Translations under genes and position numbers: made by a program
In this document: positions 25,064 through 38,200 of the stretch, piece after piece
How positions within the stretch are numbered: position 1 is the first letter of the stretch
Layout: each line of letters begins with the position of its first letter
The notes under the pieces: model-generated
Told to the model about the DNA's origin: nothing
What the model saw: only the letters and a program-made list of their open reading frames with translations
Databases searched by the model: none
Assembly: GCA_023213395.1 (NCBI GenBank)
Contig: CM041465.1
Coordinates: forward strand, 163,129,741 to 163,193,740
DNA: 64,000 nucleotides
Reading direction: 5' to 3'
Source of the DNA: Cycas panzhihuaensis
Lineage: Eukaryota; Plantae; Cycadophyta

Positions 25064-28000
25064 CTATTCAAACTCCATCTTTTGTAGTAGTTTGGTGAAG
25101 ATATCATCCATTTGATTTATTATGGGGTGGTAATCTAGTTGAATTATGCTGTCATGAACTAGTTCGCAAATCCTCTGGACTTTCATACTTATGTATTTAG
25201 TATAATCATGAAATACAAGAATTTTTGCCAAGTAGATTGTTGATTGATTATCTACACGAAGGCTAGTAGGACTTGTTTTGGTGATATTCAATGTTTCAAA
25301 TAATTTCCTAAGCTATATCACCTCCTTGTTGGTCTTAGAAGTAGTATTGTATTTAACTTTGGTAGTTGAATCAGCAATTATCTTCTATCATCTAGATCTC
25401 CATGATATTGGTGTTGTTCTAAGAAACATTACATACCTAGACATACATCTCCCTATGTGTTTATCTTCAGCAAAGTTTGAGTCAGTGTATACATATAGTT
25501 TAAACTCTGAATTAGGTTCATACAATAGACCATATTTGACGGTCGTCTTAAGGTACCTCAACACTTATACCACTTCTTGCCAATGATTCTGCTTAGGATT
25601 TGTCATATAACGAGCAAGAATACTAATAGAGTGTGCAATATCAAGTCTTATATTAGTAGCATATATGAGACTGCCTACAAGTTTCATATAAAGTGTTGCA
25701 TCTATCTCTCAATCATCACAATCAACTGTCATTTTGATATTGGATTCTATTAGAGTGGCTATAGTTTGAGTATCTTCTAACTAAAACTTTGTTAGAAGAT
25801 CATTGATGTACTTTTCTTGAGAAAGAAAGATTTTGCCATCTTTTTGAGTGACTTCAATCCCCAAGTAGTATTTCTAAGGTTAAATTGTTTAAATATTTTA
25901 GCTAAGTCATGCTTTAGTTCACTGATTAGTTGTTCATTGTTCCCCATTATAAGCATATCATCCATAAAGATTAAGAGATATGTGACTTTATCTTTTCAAC
26001 ATTTGATGAACAATGTTGCATCAATATCTTGGTAATCAGAAACTTCATATCCAAGTTACCTAATTTTTTCTGACAACTTGGTGAATCAAGTATGAGGGGC
26101 TTGTTTAATGCTATATAAGGACTTTTTAAGCCTACACACCTTATGGTCTAGACTAACAATTTCAAATCCTTAGGCTAAGCCATGTAGATTTCTATTTCAA
26201 GATCGCCATTGAGAAATACGATTTTTACATCGAGTTGGTGAATCTTCCAACCCTGTTGAGCTGCCAAGGCCATAAGAGTTCTGATTGTGGGCCACTTAGT
26301 TGTAGGTGCAAAGACTTGAGTGTAGTCAGTGCCTTCCCTTCATGTGAATACCTTTACTACCAACCTTGCCTTATGTTTTTTAAGGGTGCCATCTGATCTG
26401 TATTTATTTTTATACATCCATTTGTTTTGAACTATCTTTCTTCTAAGTGGTAGGTTGACAAGCTCCCATGTACCATTTTTTATAAGAGATTGATACTCTT
26501 CATTTATGGCATTCCTCCAAGTTATGTATTTTATAGCTTCTTGGTACGAGAGGGGCTCTTCATTGAGAGCAAGATGCAATTCTGTTGGTTCTAACTCAAT
26601 GAAAAGTGATTTCTGTATCTTAACTTTATAGGCACTTTGAGTGCTAATTTTGCCTACCTCATTAGGTCGTATATCCTTATTTAGCTGGAGAGCTTCACAA
26701 GGACCTTAAGTTGGGAATGAGGTCTTCATTTCTCTAACTACATGGACTTCATTTGGATCCTAAAAAGGATCATTTTTCATATTTGTTAAGGAGGATATTG
26801 ATACATCTAGGGAGCATGGTCCATCTGCCACTACTTTACCTTTGTCAACTCTACTATTCTCGAATGGTGGTGCATGATGTGCACTCATTAGTTCAGAGTC
26901 GTAACTACTATCCTCTATGGATCTATTGTCAGATTCCAATAGTTTGAGTAACTCTTGAGTGTCTCCCCCCCTGAATTTTAGAATCTGTACATCATATTGA
27001 GTAGTATTATAATAATGGCAGTTTAGTATTTTGGAGTCTAATTGTAATAATTGATCCTCTATTTCAGTAAACACCACATCCTTGGTGATGATAATCTTCC
27101 ATTATGAAGGTATAAAGACCTTGTACCATTTCTTATCCATAGGGTATCTAATAAAAATGCCTTTAGTTGCCCTGGGCTGGAGTTTGTTTCTATCTCTATC
27201 CAATATATGGGCATAATATATTGAGCCAAATATTTTGAAGTCATAGGCAGTGGGGGCCTATCTAGTCCACTGTTCATTAAGAGAAGTTTCTCCTTTAGAT
27301 GGGCTGACAACATTCATACAATAAACAACTATCCAAATTACTTTTGTCCATAGGTAAGCAGGTGCATTTTTATAAACTAGCATAGGTCAAGCCATATTCA
27401 TAATAGACTTATTCATGCACTCGACAACTCTATTCTGTTGGGGGGTGCCTGCTATTATAGTGTGATGCTTGATATCGTTGTCTCATAGATAGGTTTCAAA
27501 CTCAGTAGAGGTATATTCTTTACTATTATCTGTTTAGAGACACTTAATTTGATAACTTGACTCATTTTTAGTGCGAGTTTTAAAAGCTTTAAAGACACCA
27601 AATGCCTCATCTTTCCTAGTTAGAAAAGCCACGTACACTTTCCTAGTAAAATCATCAATGAAGGATATATAATATAACTTCTGTTTCAATGATGGAATGA
27701 GCATTAGTCTACATAGATCAGAGTGTACTAATTGAAGAGGATGACTCGATTTCCATTGACTATCAATAAAGGGCTATCTATGAGATTTGGCTATGATACA
27801 TACTTCATATTTAGAGGGCTTGGAGGAGAACTTGGGCAGGCTTCAAAGGGTATGACAAAGATCTCTAAGTTGATTGATATGAACATGGCTCATGTGAGCA
27901 TGCTAAAAGCTTCTAGGGATAACTTAGGGTATGTCAAAGTGGTAATAAAAGTAAACTCTTTATCAACAGAAGGGCTTTAAGCACAATTAGCTTCAAAAAA

Positions 28001-29540
28001 TGGGAAGTCATTCAACTTAAATAATTTGCCAGTAAGTTTTCCAGTCAAGACCACTTAATTTGTTGGAGGGTTAATGACCTGGAGAGTTTGGTAATTTATA
28101 GTAACACTAAGATCGAATTCATAAGAGACGAGTGTGGATAAGGAGAGTAGGTTTTATTTTATATTATGAATATATAGGACATCAAGTAATGTAAAGTCTC
28201 TCAAGCCTAGGAGTTTCAAGCATATGTTTTCAATACCTTCAATTAGTTGTTGGGATTTATTAGCCATATGAATGACACCATATATATTAGAATCAAAAGT
28301 TTGATATAGTTCCTGATTGCAGGTCATATGTTGTGTTGTTCCTTTATCCATGATCCATAAGGAGGTGTTTGAAGTTATGTTATTTATAACTCTAAGAGGG
28401 GTTTGCATTAGTGATTCAAAATCACAAGTGGCATAGCCACAATGAGCTTCAAAATACCTCTTAGTTTGATCAATAGTTCTTTCCTCAAGTCTTTGAATGT
28501 GTGCTTGAGTAAAACCTGTACCACCAAATTGTTCTTCACATATTTCATTAACATTATGAGCCTTGTATTTCTATTGAAACTTAGGTAACTTGTATGCAGG
28601 TATACGACAATCTTTTGTAAGGTGTTCTTTTCTATTGTACCTTTTACACATGATAATCTAATTTCTAGTTCCTAAAGTATTGGTTTAGCTTGACTATTTT
28701 GCATTAAAAGGTGGCACTTGGCCTTAAGACTGTCTAGGCTATTGTTGTTGAGGGTTTTATTGACCTTGTGGATGATTTCCTCTACCTCATTCTTTACCTC
28801 TTGCTCGGTTATTTCCTCTACCACGAGAGAGACCTTGATTCTTTGAGAAGTATACTTCTTCTTCCACATCAAAAGCTGCATCCAAAAGAGGATCTAAAGT
28901 TGCAAAATTAGTATCAAAGGTCTTATTAAATTCTATAACCTTCTTTGTAAGAGCTTTAAAGTTAAATGTCTTTAATGTTCCACTTCATTGAAGACTCCCA
29001 AGAAAGTTCTTATAATCAGGTACATGTAGATATGACAATATGAAGAATGCCCATATAATACATTAGGTTTTAAAATATTTGCCTATTGCTTGTTTGATTG
29101 GTCGAAGGAGGTTGATTATTTCATATGCACATCCCTTCTGCATCTTCATCTTATTCATCGTTAAGACTAGATGAACAAATTCAAGGTCAGACTTTGCATC
29201 AAAATTCTTTTTAAGAACCTTAAGGACTTTTTAGGTTATATCATGTTGTTCTTCATTTATTAGATTGTGTAGGGAGTGATAAGTCACCAATAGAATACTT
29301 GCATAAATATTCTCATCATCGGTCTTCTATTGTAATTTAGTTGCAAGATTTGTTGGAGCTACAAGTAGCATTTCTCTAGATGTAGGTGCCATTACTATCA
29401 AAGGAATGACGTGTAAGCTATAGATGGGCTCTCCAAAGGCCCTCATACTTAGCAACATTCTTGAATCCAGTATATCATAGATCCTAATTATCTATCCTTT
29501 TTAAGATGTAGTTTATATTCTACTTAAATGGAGAAGATAT
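25064..29540 (-). pseudogene. Copia-4 gag-pol pseudogene
   Basis: WIMDKGTTQHMT (protease), EPLSYQEA..KHKARLV (RT), RVDNQS..DIFTKL (RH). Confidence 0.9.
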
Positions 29541-32449
29541 GGTGAAGATAACGAAGTAAAAGAGATAGTAAAGAAATAGTAATTAAAAATACCACTGAAA
29601 TGTGTGGCTAATATACCTGGCACAGTAGGGAAAAATATGATTAAGTATCAAGCAATGGTGATAGGCCACCGACACTTATGGCAAATACTCCTAACGCAAT
29701 AGGGTTTGATGATGTGTACAAATAGTAATATAAGGATCACAAAGATAAATGATATATCATGTGATTATAAAATCAAGATTACGTGCATGTAGAAGCCATC
29801 GTGTGGGTACACATAACTAAAAAACCAAGTCTGATGTAGGATGTGTGAACAAACCTAAGCCTCTATCTTAAATATGAAGTAGTTAAGGTGTTAATACTTA
29901 ATGGGGCTTCTGGTATACGCATTAGGGCCTTCACTTATGATACCCGCACCTACGCTTAGTGATGAAATCTAAGTCACAATAGAGCCTAGGTATTCCCAGT
30001 CCTTACCTAGTTCACTAGTGAGTAGCTAGATACCTCCTCCAAAGAGTCAAATGGTACGTGTGTATCCTATGGCTATGATGGATATTAGACCAGGTATATT
30101 TTAATCTTGATTAAAGTTTTTACTTTTCTGAGGTGGTTATCAGGATTATCCCTGATTGGAGGTCGTAAGTATGGCTAACCCATCCCTTCACCATTATTTC
30201 AATTAAAACCATACCCAGTATGAAACTTATACCTCCCTTATAACCCAGGCTTTGACCAATTGTAGTATATTTCAACCAAGGCAAGTATGCATATAAGCAA
30301 AAAACTAGCAGTATTAGTTGTATAGATGAGATTTCTTTTAGGAAATAATGCAAGTTATTTATGAATAACTTGAATTGAACTAAAATGGAAAGATAGCAAA
30401 TGTACTTGCTTGCTTTGTTGTTATTGCTGCTTTATATGTTACTTTACACTATGTGTGGAAATAAAAAGAGCATGCTAGATTTAGTAGAGAAACTAGATGT
30501 TGCTTTCAATCTAAGGTTTTCCTTGCTTTAGTATAATGCTTCTAAATATATTTTAAGAAATTTCAATACAAAAGCCACAAAGGGCCAAAATGCAGATTAA
30601 CTTGCCACTAAAAAGTTAATTTTTGTAAATCTAGATGCATGCTATTTTACCTTATTTTATGATTTTTTTTCTACAAAATTTATAAATAAAAATAAATAGA
30701 CAAAATTTTCTAAAAATTACAAATATGGAGGCCTAAATGATGGAATTTGAATGTATGACAGAAGAAAAAAGTATTCAGAATATTATTTTTGATAAGATAG
30801 TGAAGTCAGATTTCTAAAAAGACATAAAAAAGTTTTGCCTGAAAAAAGCACAAAAGTAGAATCTTACTAGATTTAAAGTCTCATAATCCAAACTTTAGTA
30901 TGTCAAAAGCTTCATCTTGATATGAACATCAACTTTTCCTTCTACATCGTCTTAAAAAATGGCAACAAAACTACTCAAAACACCCTTGCAACATTTTTTA
31001 TGGGGTCGAGTAGGCAAATTTAGCATCCGTCAGAAAACTGCAAAGATCCTATTAACTAGTGGATAAAATTTGATGAGATTTATCTCAAAGTGCTCCAAAT
31101 AACTAGATCCCCTTGGCAAGGTAACCCTACATATTAAATTTTATCAAAATATGAGATGGTCAAATTTGTCATAAAATTTTAGGCCTTCAATGCTTCTAGG
31201 GTTGTTTTAGCAACTAAATAGCTTAAAAAATCAGTCCTTTTCACCTCTAGAATTCTACAAATAGAAAATGTAATAACATACAAAATAATATAATTTTAAG
31301 CTCTATAATACAAAATAAAGTTCTTAAATAAACTCTTAACCTTACATGAATTATGAGTGAAATGCATTAATAGCTTCGTGCAAGCTTAGTGGGAAAATGT
31401 AGTCAACAATGGCTCTGATACTAATTGTTGGGTGAAGGATCTAGTTGCCACACTCTACTACACTAATGTAATAGCACATAATAAGAGTAAAATGAAGAGA
31501 ATAAAATTGAGAACAAAAATAAGAGGTGAGAATTATGACTCTCCCTTTCACATTTAACCTTATATATTAGAGGATGCGCATTAGGGTTTCCAAAGGAGTT
31601 TCCTGCATAATGATATAATCATAAAATTACACTTAAATATAAATGAAATTATATTTAACTATGTGACTTAGCTAATCTAAAGTCACCTTTATATAATTAA
31701 TCTAATGACCTTGATGCATTAACATCCTGAAGGAAAAATAATCATGGAGAATAGGGCAGGACATGAAAGAGATAATCATAAATCAATACATCATTATTGC
31801 ATAGTAGCATGAACATATAAAACTTGTATATTCAATCCATCGTTGTAGAAGAACATTACAAATTTCAATATTGTAGGTGGTATCTAAAGACACTAGGGTT
31901 ACATACCCCTCAAAATATATTGTTTGGGGGAGGAGGGAAATTCCTCAACCCCTAAAATTTAAATAATAATAAAATAATATAAACTTACTCAAAATAAACT
32001 TAACTCAAATAAACTAAACTTACCTTATACTTACCTACATATGTGAGCACCCACATATATAAATTGAAGAGTGTGAGGTGTGCACTCCTAGTTGGAAGGT
32101 GAGAGTGGGGTGATGAGTATTAACCCCAACATTCTCCCCCTCAATAGTCATCACGAACAATGTCTTCTGTTTAAACTTATAGAATTTGTACTTGAAAAAA
32201 ACTTTGAAGATTTATCTTTTAGGTTGATCATTATCAACTATTCTTACCCTTTTAACAACATGTGTCCTTATACCATTGAGTGGCACAAAAAAACTGCAAG
32301 TAAATGAAGTTTGATTCAAAGGTGGATGCATGGCTGTAACTTTGACTTTGTCAACTAGAACATTAAGAAAACTTTGAACTTGAACTTTGTCTTTTGAAAA
32401 TTTTATATTATGAACAACTATCAAATCATCATAACTCTCCTTTATCATA

Positions 32450-34216
32450 TCATAAGATTCATTCTCCCCCTCAAATCGAGGATCAGGTTCTTGTGTAACA
32501 AGATGATCATGTATTTGATTTGTATCTTGGTTTTTTCATTATAATCTACTTGTTCTAGCACCTGTCTCACATGCTCAACAAAATTAATATCAAATACATT
32601 GAGGGTATCTCCTCTATAAGTAGAAATCAAAACATCCCATACAGATTTAGAAGTTGTTAATTCACAAACTTAAAAAAAGACATCATCATTTATAGTGCAA
32701 AATATTAAAGCTAATGCTTCATTATCCTTTTTAATGTTTTCTTTAATACTAAAATCACATTCGTGTTATAAATATTTCTAAAGATTATGTGTAATAAAAT
32801 AATCTTGCATTAGGCATCTTCAAGATCAAAAGTTTGCTCGGTAAGTGCTACATTCCCCGTCTCCCTACTGCGGACTCGATCGTGTGGCCACTGAGCCCGT
32901 CTGGGGTCTACTCTGTAAAGCAAGGGTATCTCTACTTGTGTCGAGCAAGGGGGGACGAGAGAAACCCTATCTTGGAGGGGGTTTGGAAGCTCCCTATCAT
33001 CCCAAAGATTGCTGTCTTTTGGTGGACCTGCTTGAGAAATAAAATTCTTACAAAGTGATAACCTAAAAGAAGGGGTTTACACTGCAAACAGATGTACTTT
33101 ATGTTACCTTGAGGAGGAGTCTATGGACCACATCTTTCCGGGAGTGTTCTTACACGAGGGAGGTTTGGGTATGTTCTTTGGGAAGCTTGAAGTAAACCGG
33201 ATATTCTCGGAAAAGATAAGGGATTCTTGGTTGGCTCGAGAAGTCCTTTCGTGAGTAGGACGTTGTGTTGCATATGGGTTAGTGCTATGCCGATTCTTGC
33301 CTGGAACATATGGAAAGAGAGGAACCGTAGAATCTTCCGCATAAAAGCGGATGGACCGGATCTCTATATATTATAGAATTTGTGAAATTAGAGAGAATGT
33401 TAGGCGTGAAAGAGAAGCCCCGCTGGGTCGAGAGAAGGATTTTGAGCAAGTGGGATATTGCTCCTACCTTCGGGGTGGAAAGGAATAAAGACGTTAAATG
33501 GCTGCCGCCTGAGGAGTCTTGGGTCAAGATAAACTTTGATGGTGCCGCTTAAGGGAATCCTGGCCGGGGAGGTATCCAGGGACCACTTAGGGTCTCCCCT
33601 TTGGGCTTTCATTGAATTTTATGATTGCCGACAAACCATTATCTTTGAGATGCACGCTATGCTTAAAGCGCTGGACCTCATGGTGGAAAGTAATCATCGG
33701 AAAGTGATTATTGAAGGGGATTCTGAGGTTGTGGTGAGGTCCCTGAAAGGGGAGGTCACTCCATCGAGATTCCAATTGCTATTCAATGATGCTAAGGAAA
33801 TCATCAAAAGAATGCTAGATGTCCGTATTAAGCATACGTTGAGAGATGGGAATAAACCACAGATTTTCCGCAAATTGGGAGTGAGACAAATGGCGTGTCA
33901 AATTTGGAAGTCGGATTTTCCTGTGGATCTTTTGGTTCGATAGAGAAGGACTTGATGATACAAAGATGTAGCCGTGGGGCTTGTCCCGCTTTTGTTTTCT
34001 TGTTTCCTGCCTGTTCAGGGGTCATCACGGACTTATACTTATACCCTTTGCCGCGACACTTTTATGATGTACTAGGTTGTGGGATCCTCTCCAAAACCCA
34101 CTAAATTTCATTTTTATTTAATAAAAAAAAAAATAATCTTGCATTGTTCTATGCCACTAGGAAAAATTATGGCCATCAAAAATAGGAAATTGTACTTGAT
34201 CAAGATTGATTGCCAT
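32450..34216 (-). pseudogene. NA-5 truncated copia gag N-terminus, split by L1-B
   Basis: ATG 34216: MAINLDQVQFPIFDGHNFS*WHRTMQDYF, continuing after the L1 with ITHNL*KYL..KKDNEALALIFCTINDDV (DUF4219/UBN2-like pattern). Confidence 0.8.
32812..34129 (+). mobile_element. L1-B: young 5'-truncated L1 (zf-RVT + RNase H + 3' UTR + poly(A))
   Basis: 16-bp TSD AAAATAATCTTGCATT (32796-32811 / 34130-34145); poly(A); WPLSPSGVYSVKQGY, PKIAVFWW, VKINFDGA.KGNPG, IIEGDSE; GC- and CpG-rich compared with its flanks. Confidence 0.95.
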
Positions 34217-35491
34217 TTTATTAATAAAAACTTTAATACATAAAAGGATATACATTTACCAAGCTAAAGAAGTTAATAAATGACAAACTGATATGATTTC
34301 AAATATATATTTTTGAAAGAAATGTAATGCCCTTTGAAAATGAATTAACTAAATGCAACTTTTATAGGTGCAATAGGGAAATAATTTTTTAACAATGATG
34401 AATAAGAAATGTATTTCAATAAATGTATACCTTTTGAATAAATGATAACCTTATAAGATATAATTTCAGATAAAATTTAATATAATGAATATATAAGCAA
34501 ATTTAAAGTGTAACAAATATCCTCTTAAATATGTAAATATGAAATAAACTTTGAAAATGAAAAATAAAATATTAGAATAAGGTATATTGGTGTATCTTAA
34601 ATACTCAAGTTTAGTAGCTTTAAAGCTATACTACACAATATCAGAATAACATGTAACTTTACCAGTATGAAGATTAATGAAAGAACTACTCAATGGAACT
34701 AACTATTTTGAAAACGGGTTCCTGCAAGTCAATATTTTGATGAACTAAATGTATAGTCCTTGTTTTAAGGCCTAACAGGAGCAAAGAGCTCGAAATAGTA
34801 TAAAAATACTAATAAAACTTTATAGAATGCTGTAAAATAGTCAATTGTAGTTTATAAGGTCGTTCAATATACTTTTCAATTGAAAATTTGAGAAATAATA
34901 TATATAAAATGTGTAATAATGTCAGATTAGAGGCTATTATGTACTTCAACTTTAATGGTTTTAAAAATCTAAAAAACCACTTCAAAACTTATAAAAAATA
35001 ATGTCAGTTCGAAGAGGAGTGAGTCAGCTTCCTAACAAAACTAATGGAATTGAATTATATTATAAAAGAAAAAAGTTATAATGAAAATGGCAACAAGTAC
35101 TTTTATGGTAAAAATGTTTAAAAAGTGCTAAAAAGCACTAAAGTGTGACTTTGGTCGATTAAAATAATTCTTAAAAAATAAAATAAATAAAAGGTAATGA
35201 AGCTTGTTGATAATAAATAACTACAGAATAGATCCAGGTAGAAAATAATCTCCCGGTGAGAAAATATAATCTGATAAAAAAAGGTTTTTATGAAAAAGTT
35301 CAAAATGGCTTAAAAAATGAATGACCGACTTTAAACTGACTGATAATGGGTCAAATCAGCTCCAAATGGGTCATATGACTAGTCAAAATTGCACTACAGA
35401 AAATTTTAGATATAATATGATAGGTTTTGTTAGAAACTAATGATCTAGTGAAGCATTATGGCAAAAATTTGCCAATTACCCTATCTAAAAT

Positions 35492-35535
35492 GAAAAAAAA
35501 GAAAAAAAGAAAAAAAGAAAAAAAGAAAAAAAAAA
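35492..35535 (+). repeat. (GA7)n A-rich microsatellite
   Basis: GAAAAAAA repeated about 5 times. Confidence 0.85.
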
Positions 35536-35849
35536 GTTATAATTTTTAAATTGGCCCCTTTAGTAATATGCTATGATCACATAAGAGGGAATGTGACCAA
35601 GGAGCTAAGGTTTGAGGGGGCTTATACCTTTAAACCCCAAATTTGAACTTTTATATAATAAAATTTAATTTTTTGAAACTTTAAAAATAAAAAATATATG
35701 AAACATACAAAAATGAATTGAAAAGAGCATCATCGTCTGGGCTGCCACCTTCGCTGTTGCATGAGGAGCCATTGGGAGACACTGTCACTCTCATCTGCAC
35801 CGCCTTTGGAGATCACCAATTGCAGGGATAGTGGCATTGGACAGTGGGT

Positions 35850-36066
35850 ATGAATGAAGCCTACCATGTGTTTGACAAAATGTCTATCAGAGACGTGTTT
35901 ATATAGACTACGATCATTATAGGATATGCTCAGAACTAGCAGGGCAAGCAGGCCTTGGATTTGTTTTTCCAAATGCAATGGGATGACATTAAGCCTGACC
36001 ACTTCATGTTTACCAATGTCTTGAGCACATGTACCAGCGTGGAAGCTCTGAAACAAGGGAGAGAGA
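35850..36066 (+). pseudogene. PLS-class pentatricopeptide-repeat (PPR) gene fragment
   Basis: A single frame reads MNEAYHVFDKMSIRDVFI*TTIIIGYAQN*QGKQALDLFFQMQWDDIKPDHFMFTNVLSTCTSVEALKQGRE, matching the S-P-L motif consensus, with two in-frame stops. Confidence 0.9.
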
Positions 36067-36784
36067 GTGCATTGGATAGGGCAGAGGATAGAGCAACCGA
36101 GAGGGGAGGGTTTATGTTGTCTGCGCAAACTATTTTTTTTCAGCCTCAAATTAAGTTGACCAAGCAGGAATTTGAGGAAGGTTTTGAATCTCGTATCCAC
36201 CACAATGCATCTAGAAGTGGCACATGAGCAAAAATCACATGCAGGTTAATAGTTGTCGAGATCAGAGTTTTCTTTATTTACTTGTCATGGGATGGAAAGT
36301 AGTTTTCCAGTTCAAGCAGGCACAGACTGAAATCGACAGATATTTGAAAACCATTCTTCTCATTACACTTGTTAACACTATGCTGAAGGAATGACTATAG
36401 GTCATTGATAAAGACCAGAGGGAATACACGCTTAACAAGGAGGGGGAGAAGTTTAGCTCAAGTGAGACTACCTGTCTCACTAATTATGCTCAACAATTTT
36501 TAGACAATAGTGCAATAATTATTCAATGCTTACATGACATACACTGAGTTGCATAGTTCTTGGAAAATTGGATATTTTGGCAGTACTAACTTGGTAGTTT
36601 AATTATGAGTACATGCCTTGACTCGTAGTAGGACAGACTCAAGAAATGAGAAATGACATGACCATTTTCCTTTGTTATTATTATTTTTTTGCATACAATG
36701 CTTTATTCTATTGAAGTTAGGGCACATTCATATATCCATTATTGGTGAATGCACAAGTTCTTCCCATTATCATGCAAATTGAGT

Positions 36785-36845
36785 GGGCTTAGTTATCATG
36801 GGGTGCAATGGCCTGCAATAAAGCTCCTTGAGCTTTTTAATGAAG
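36785..36845 (+). pseudogene. Possible second PPR motif remnant
   Basis: GLSYHGVQWPAIKLLELFNE resembles G(Y/L)AxHG..EALELFNEM; short and degenerate. Confidence 0.4.
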
Positions 36846-37619
36846 TACACGTGTGTACCTGTTGATACCAAATGGGGTATTAAGCTTGAATCTGTTGTCA
36901 AATCCTTGGAAGAATATAATAGTAATCAAGAAATTGCTAAAAAAACTTTGTAGAATGGTTTAACACCCTAGAGATACAAGACCATGTATAATTTCTCTAG
37001 AGGAGACTTGTCAAGCTTTTCTTTCTATCCATCAATGCACACACATATCATTTTTTTTTTTGGGTGAAAAAAAGGAATGATGGTGGTTTTAAGCTCCTAA
37101 AACAACCAAGAGTCTAAAAAGACTAAATAGATATATCAAAGAACCATGAAGGCTCTTTCTGAGTTGAACATATACCAAACTCAAAATCTTATAAGTTTAT
37201 TCCAAAAAATAAGGAAAGATAAAAAAAAAATATTGAAATCTGGTTCAAGTGCTTTTGAGTACTTTTCTCTTTTATTTTGTTTGTTGTTTTTTTGGTGATT
37301 CAATAGAGCGCAAATAAACTAGAAAATTTTCAAATACAACAGAAATATATCAAATAAATAAAATGCGTATATATTTGAATTTGAAATATTTTAAATATGT
37401 GAAGCAGATATATCAGATAAATGAGAGATATATGTTTTAGATCTAAAAATAAATATGAAAAACCTGGTAAACAACTATAGAACTTTTAAGGACAAGATCT
37501 TCTTCAAACTTTCAAATGCATTCTTCTAATAGATAGATCTGCTCTATATGCTTCTCTAGAAAGATGAATATGCCCCAAAATTTATAGATTTAAAAGAAGA
37601 ACTTAAAAAAATGGTTAAA

Positions 37620-38200
37620 TATATGAAAAAATATACAGATCTGAAAGAAAACTTAAATAAATGTTGTAGATATAAAGTAAATATGGCAGATCTGTAGCCA
37701 ATATTACAGATCTGAAAGAATGTATAGCAGATCTAAAGTAAATATTATAGATCTGTAGTCAGTATTGCAAATCTAAAATAAATCAACCAGAAAATGGTGA
37801 AATAATTAATAAAATAAGCAAGTCTAAAAGAAAACTTTAATAAATATTGTAGATCTTAAATAAGTATAGCATATCTAAATAAAATATTGTAGATCTAAAA
37901 TAAATAAACTAGAAAATAGTGAATAATTTATAAAATAAGCAAATCTAAAAAATATATAGCAGATATGAAAAAACATATAACAGATATGAGAAAATATATA
38001 GAAGATTTGAAGGAAACTTGAGTAGATATTGTAGCTGTAAACAAAATAAACCAAAAAACTGTTAAATATTTGATAAAATGAGCAGATCTGAAGGATATAT
38101 AGCAAATCCAAAGAATATGTACCAGATCTAAAGTAAAATATAGCAGATTTGAAAAACTTTAAATAAATATTGCTTGCAGTTGAAATCCTGTGTAGATATG
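37620..38200 (-). repeat. Degenerate ~20-bp tandem array with AGATCT core in the NA-5 leader
   Basis: Repeated AATATT(A/G)CAGATCT(G/A)AA units; homologous to 63150-63440. Confidence 0.85.

Noticed and set aside
29540-31410. env-like or extra ORF in the long Copia-4 leader
   Set aside because: There is only one 77-aa ORF (30120-30353), with no recognisable motif, and it lies 5' of gag rather than in the env position.
35492-35535. Poly(A) tail of a retrocopy
   Set aside because: It lies upstream, not downstream, of the plus-strand PPR fragment, and no TSD was found. It is better explained as a microsatellite.
35730-36227. Functional PPR gene, or the 157-aa minus-strand ORF as a real gene
   Set aside because: The PPR frame has two in-frame stops and covers only about two motif lengths. 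The minus ORF is the antisense shadow of that frame.
36280-36590. DYW deaminase domain
   Set aside because: Only a faint resemblance (EGEKFS vs HSEKLA), with no CxxC and no clear DYW terminus. Mentioned as a possibility only.
35596-37110. Pack-MULE/hAT TIRs or Helitron ends around the PPR cargo
   Set aside because: The GGGGGCTTATACC-like motif at ~35616 and GGTTTTAAGCTCC at ~37085, plus a CTAGAGA..TCTCTAG hairpin at ~36968-36999, are suggestive. I found no convincing TIR pair, TSD or TC..CTRR boundary, so this remains an untested alternative to LTR capture.
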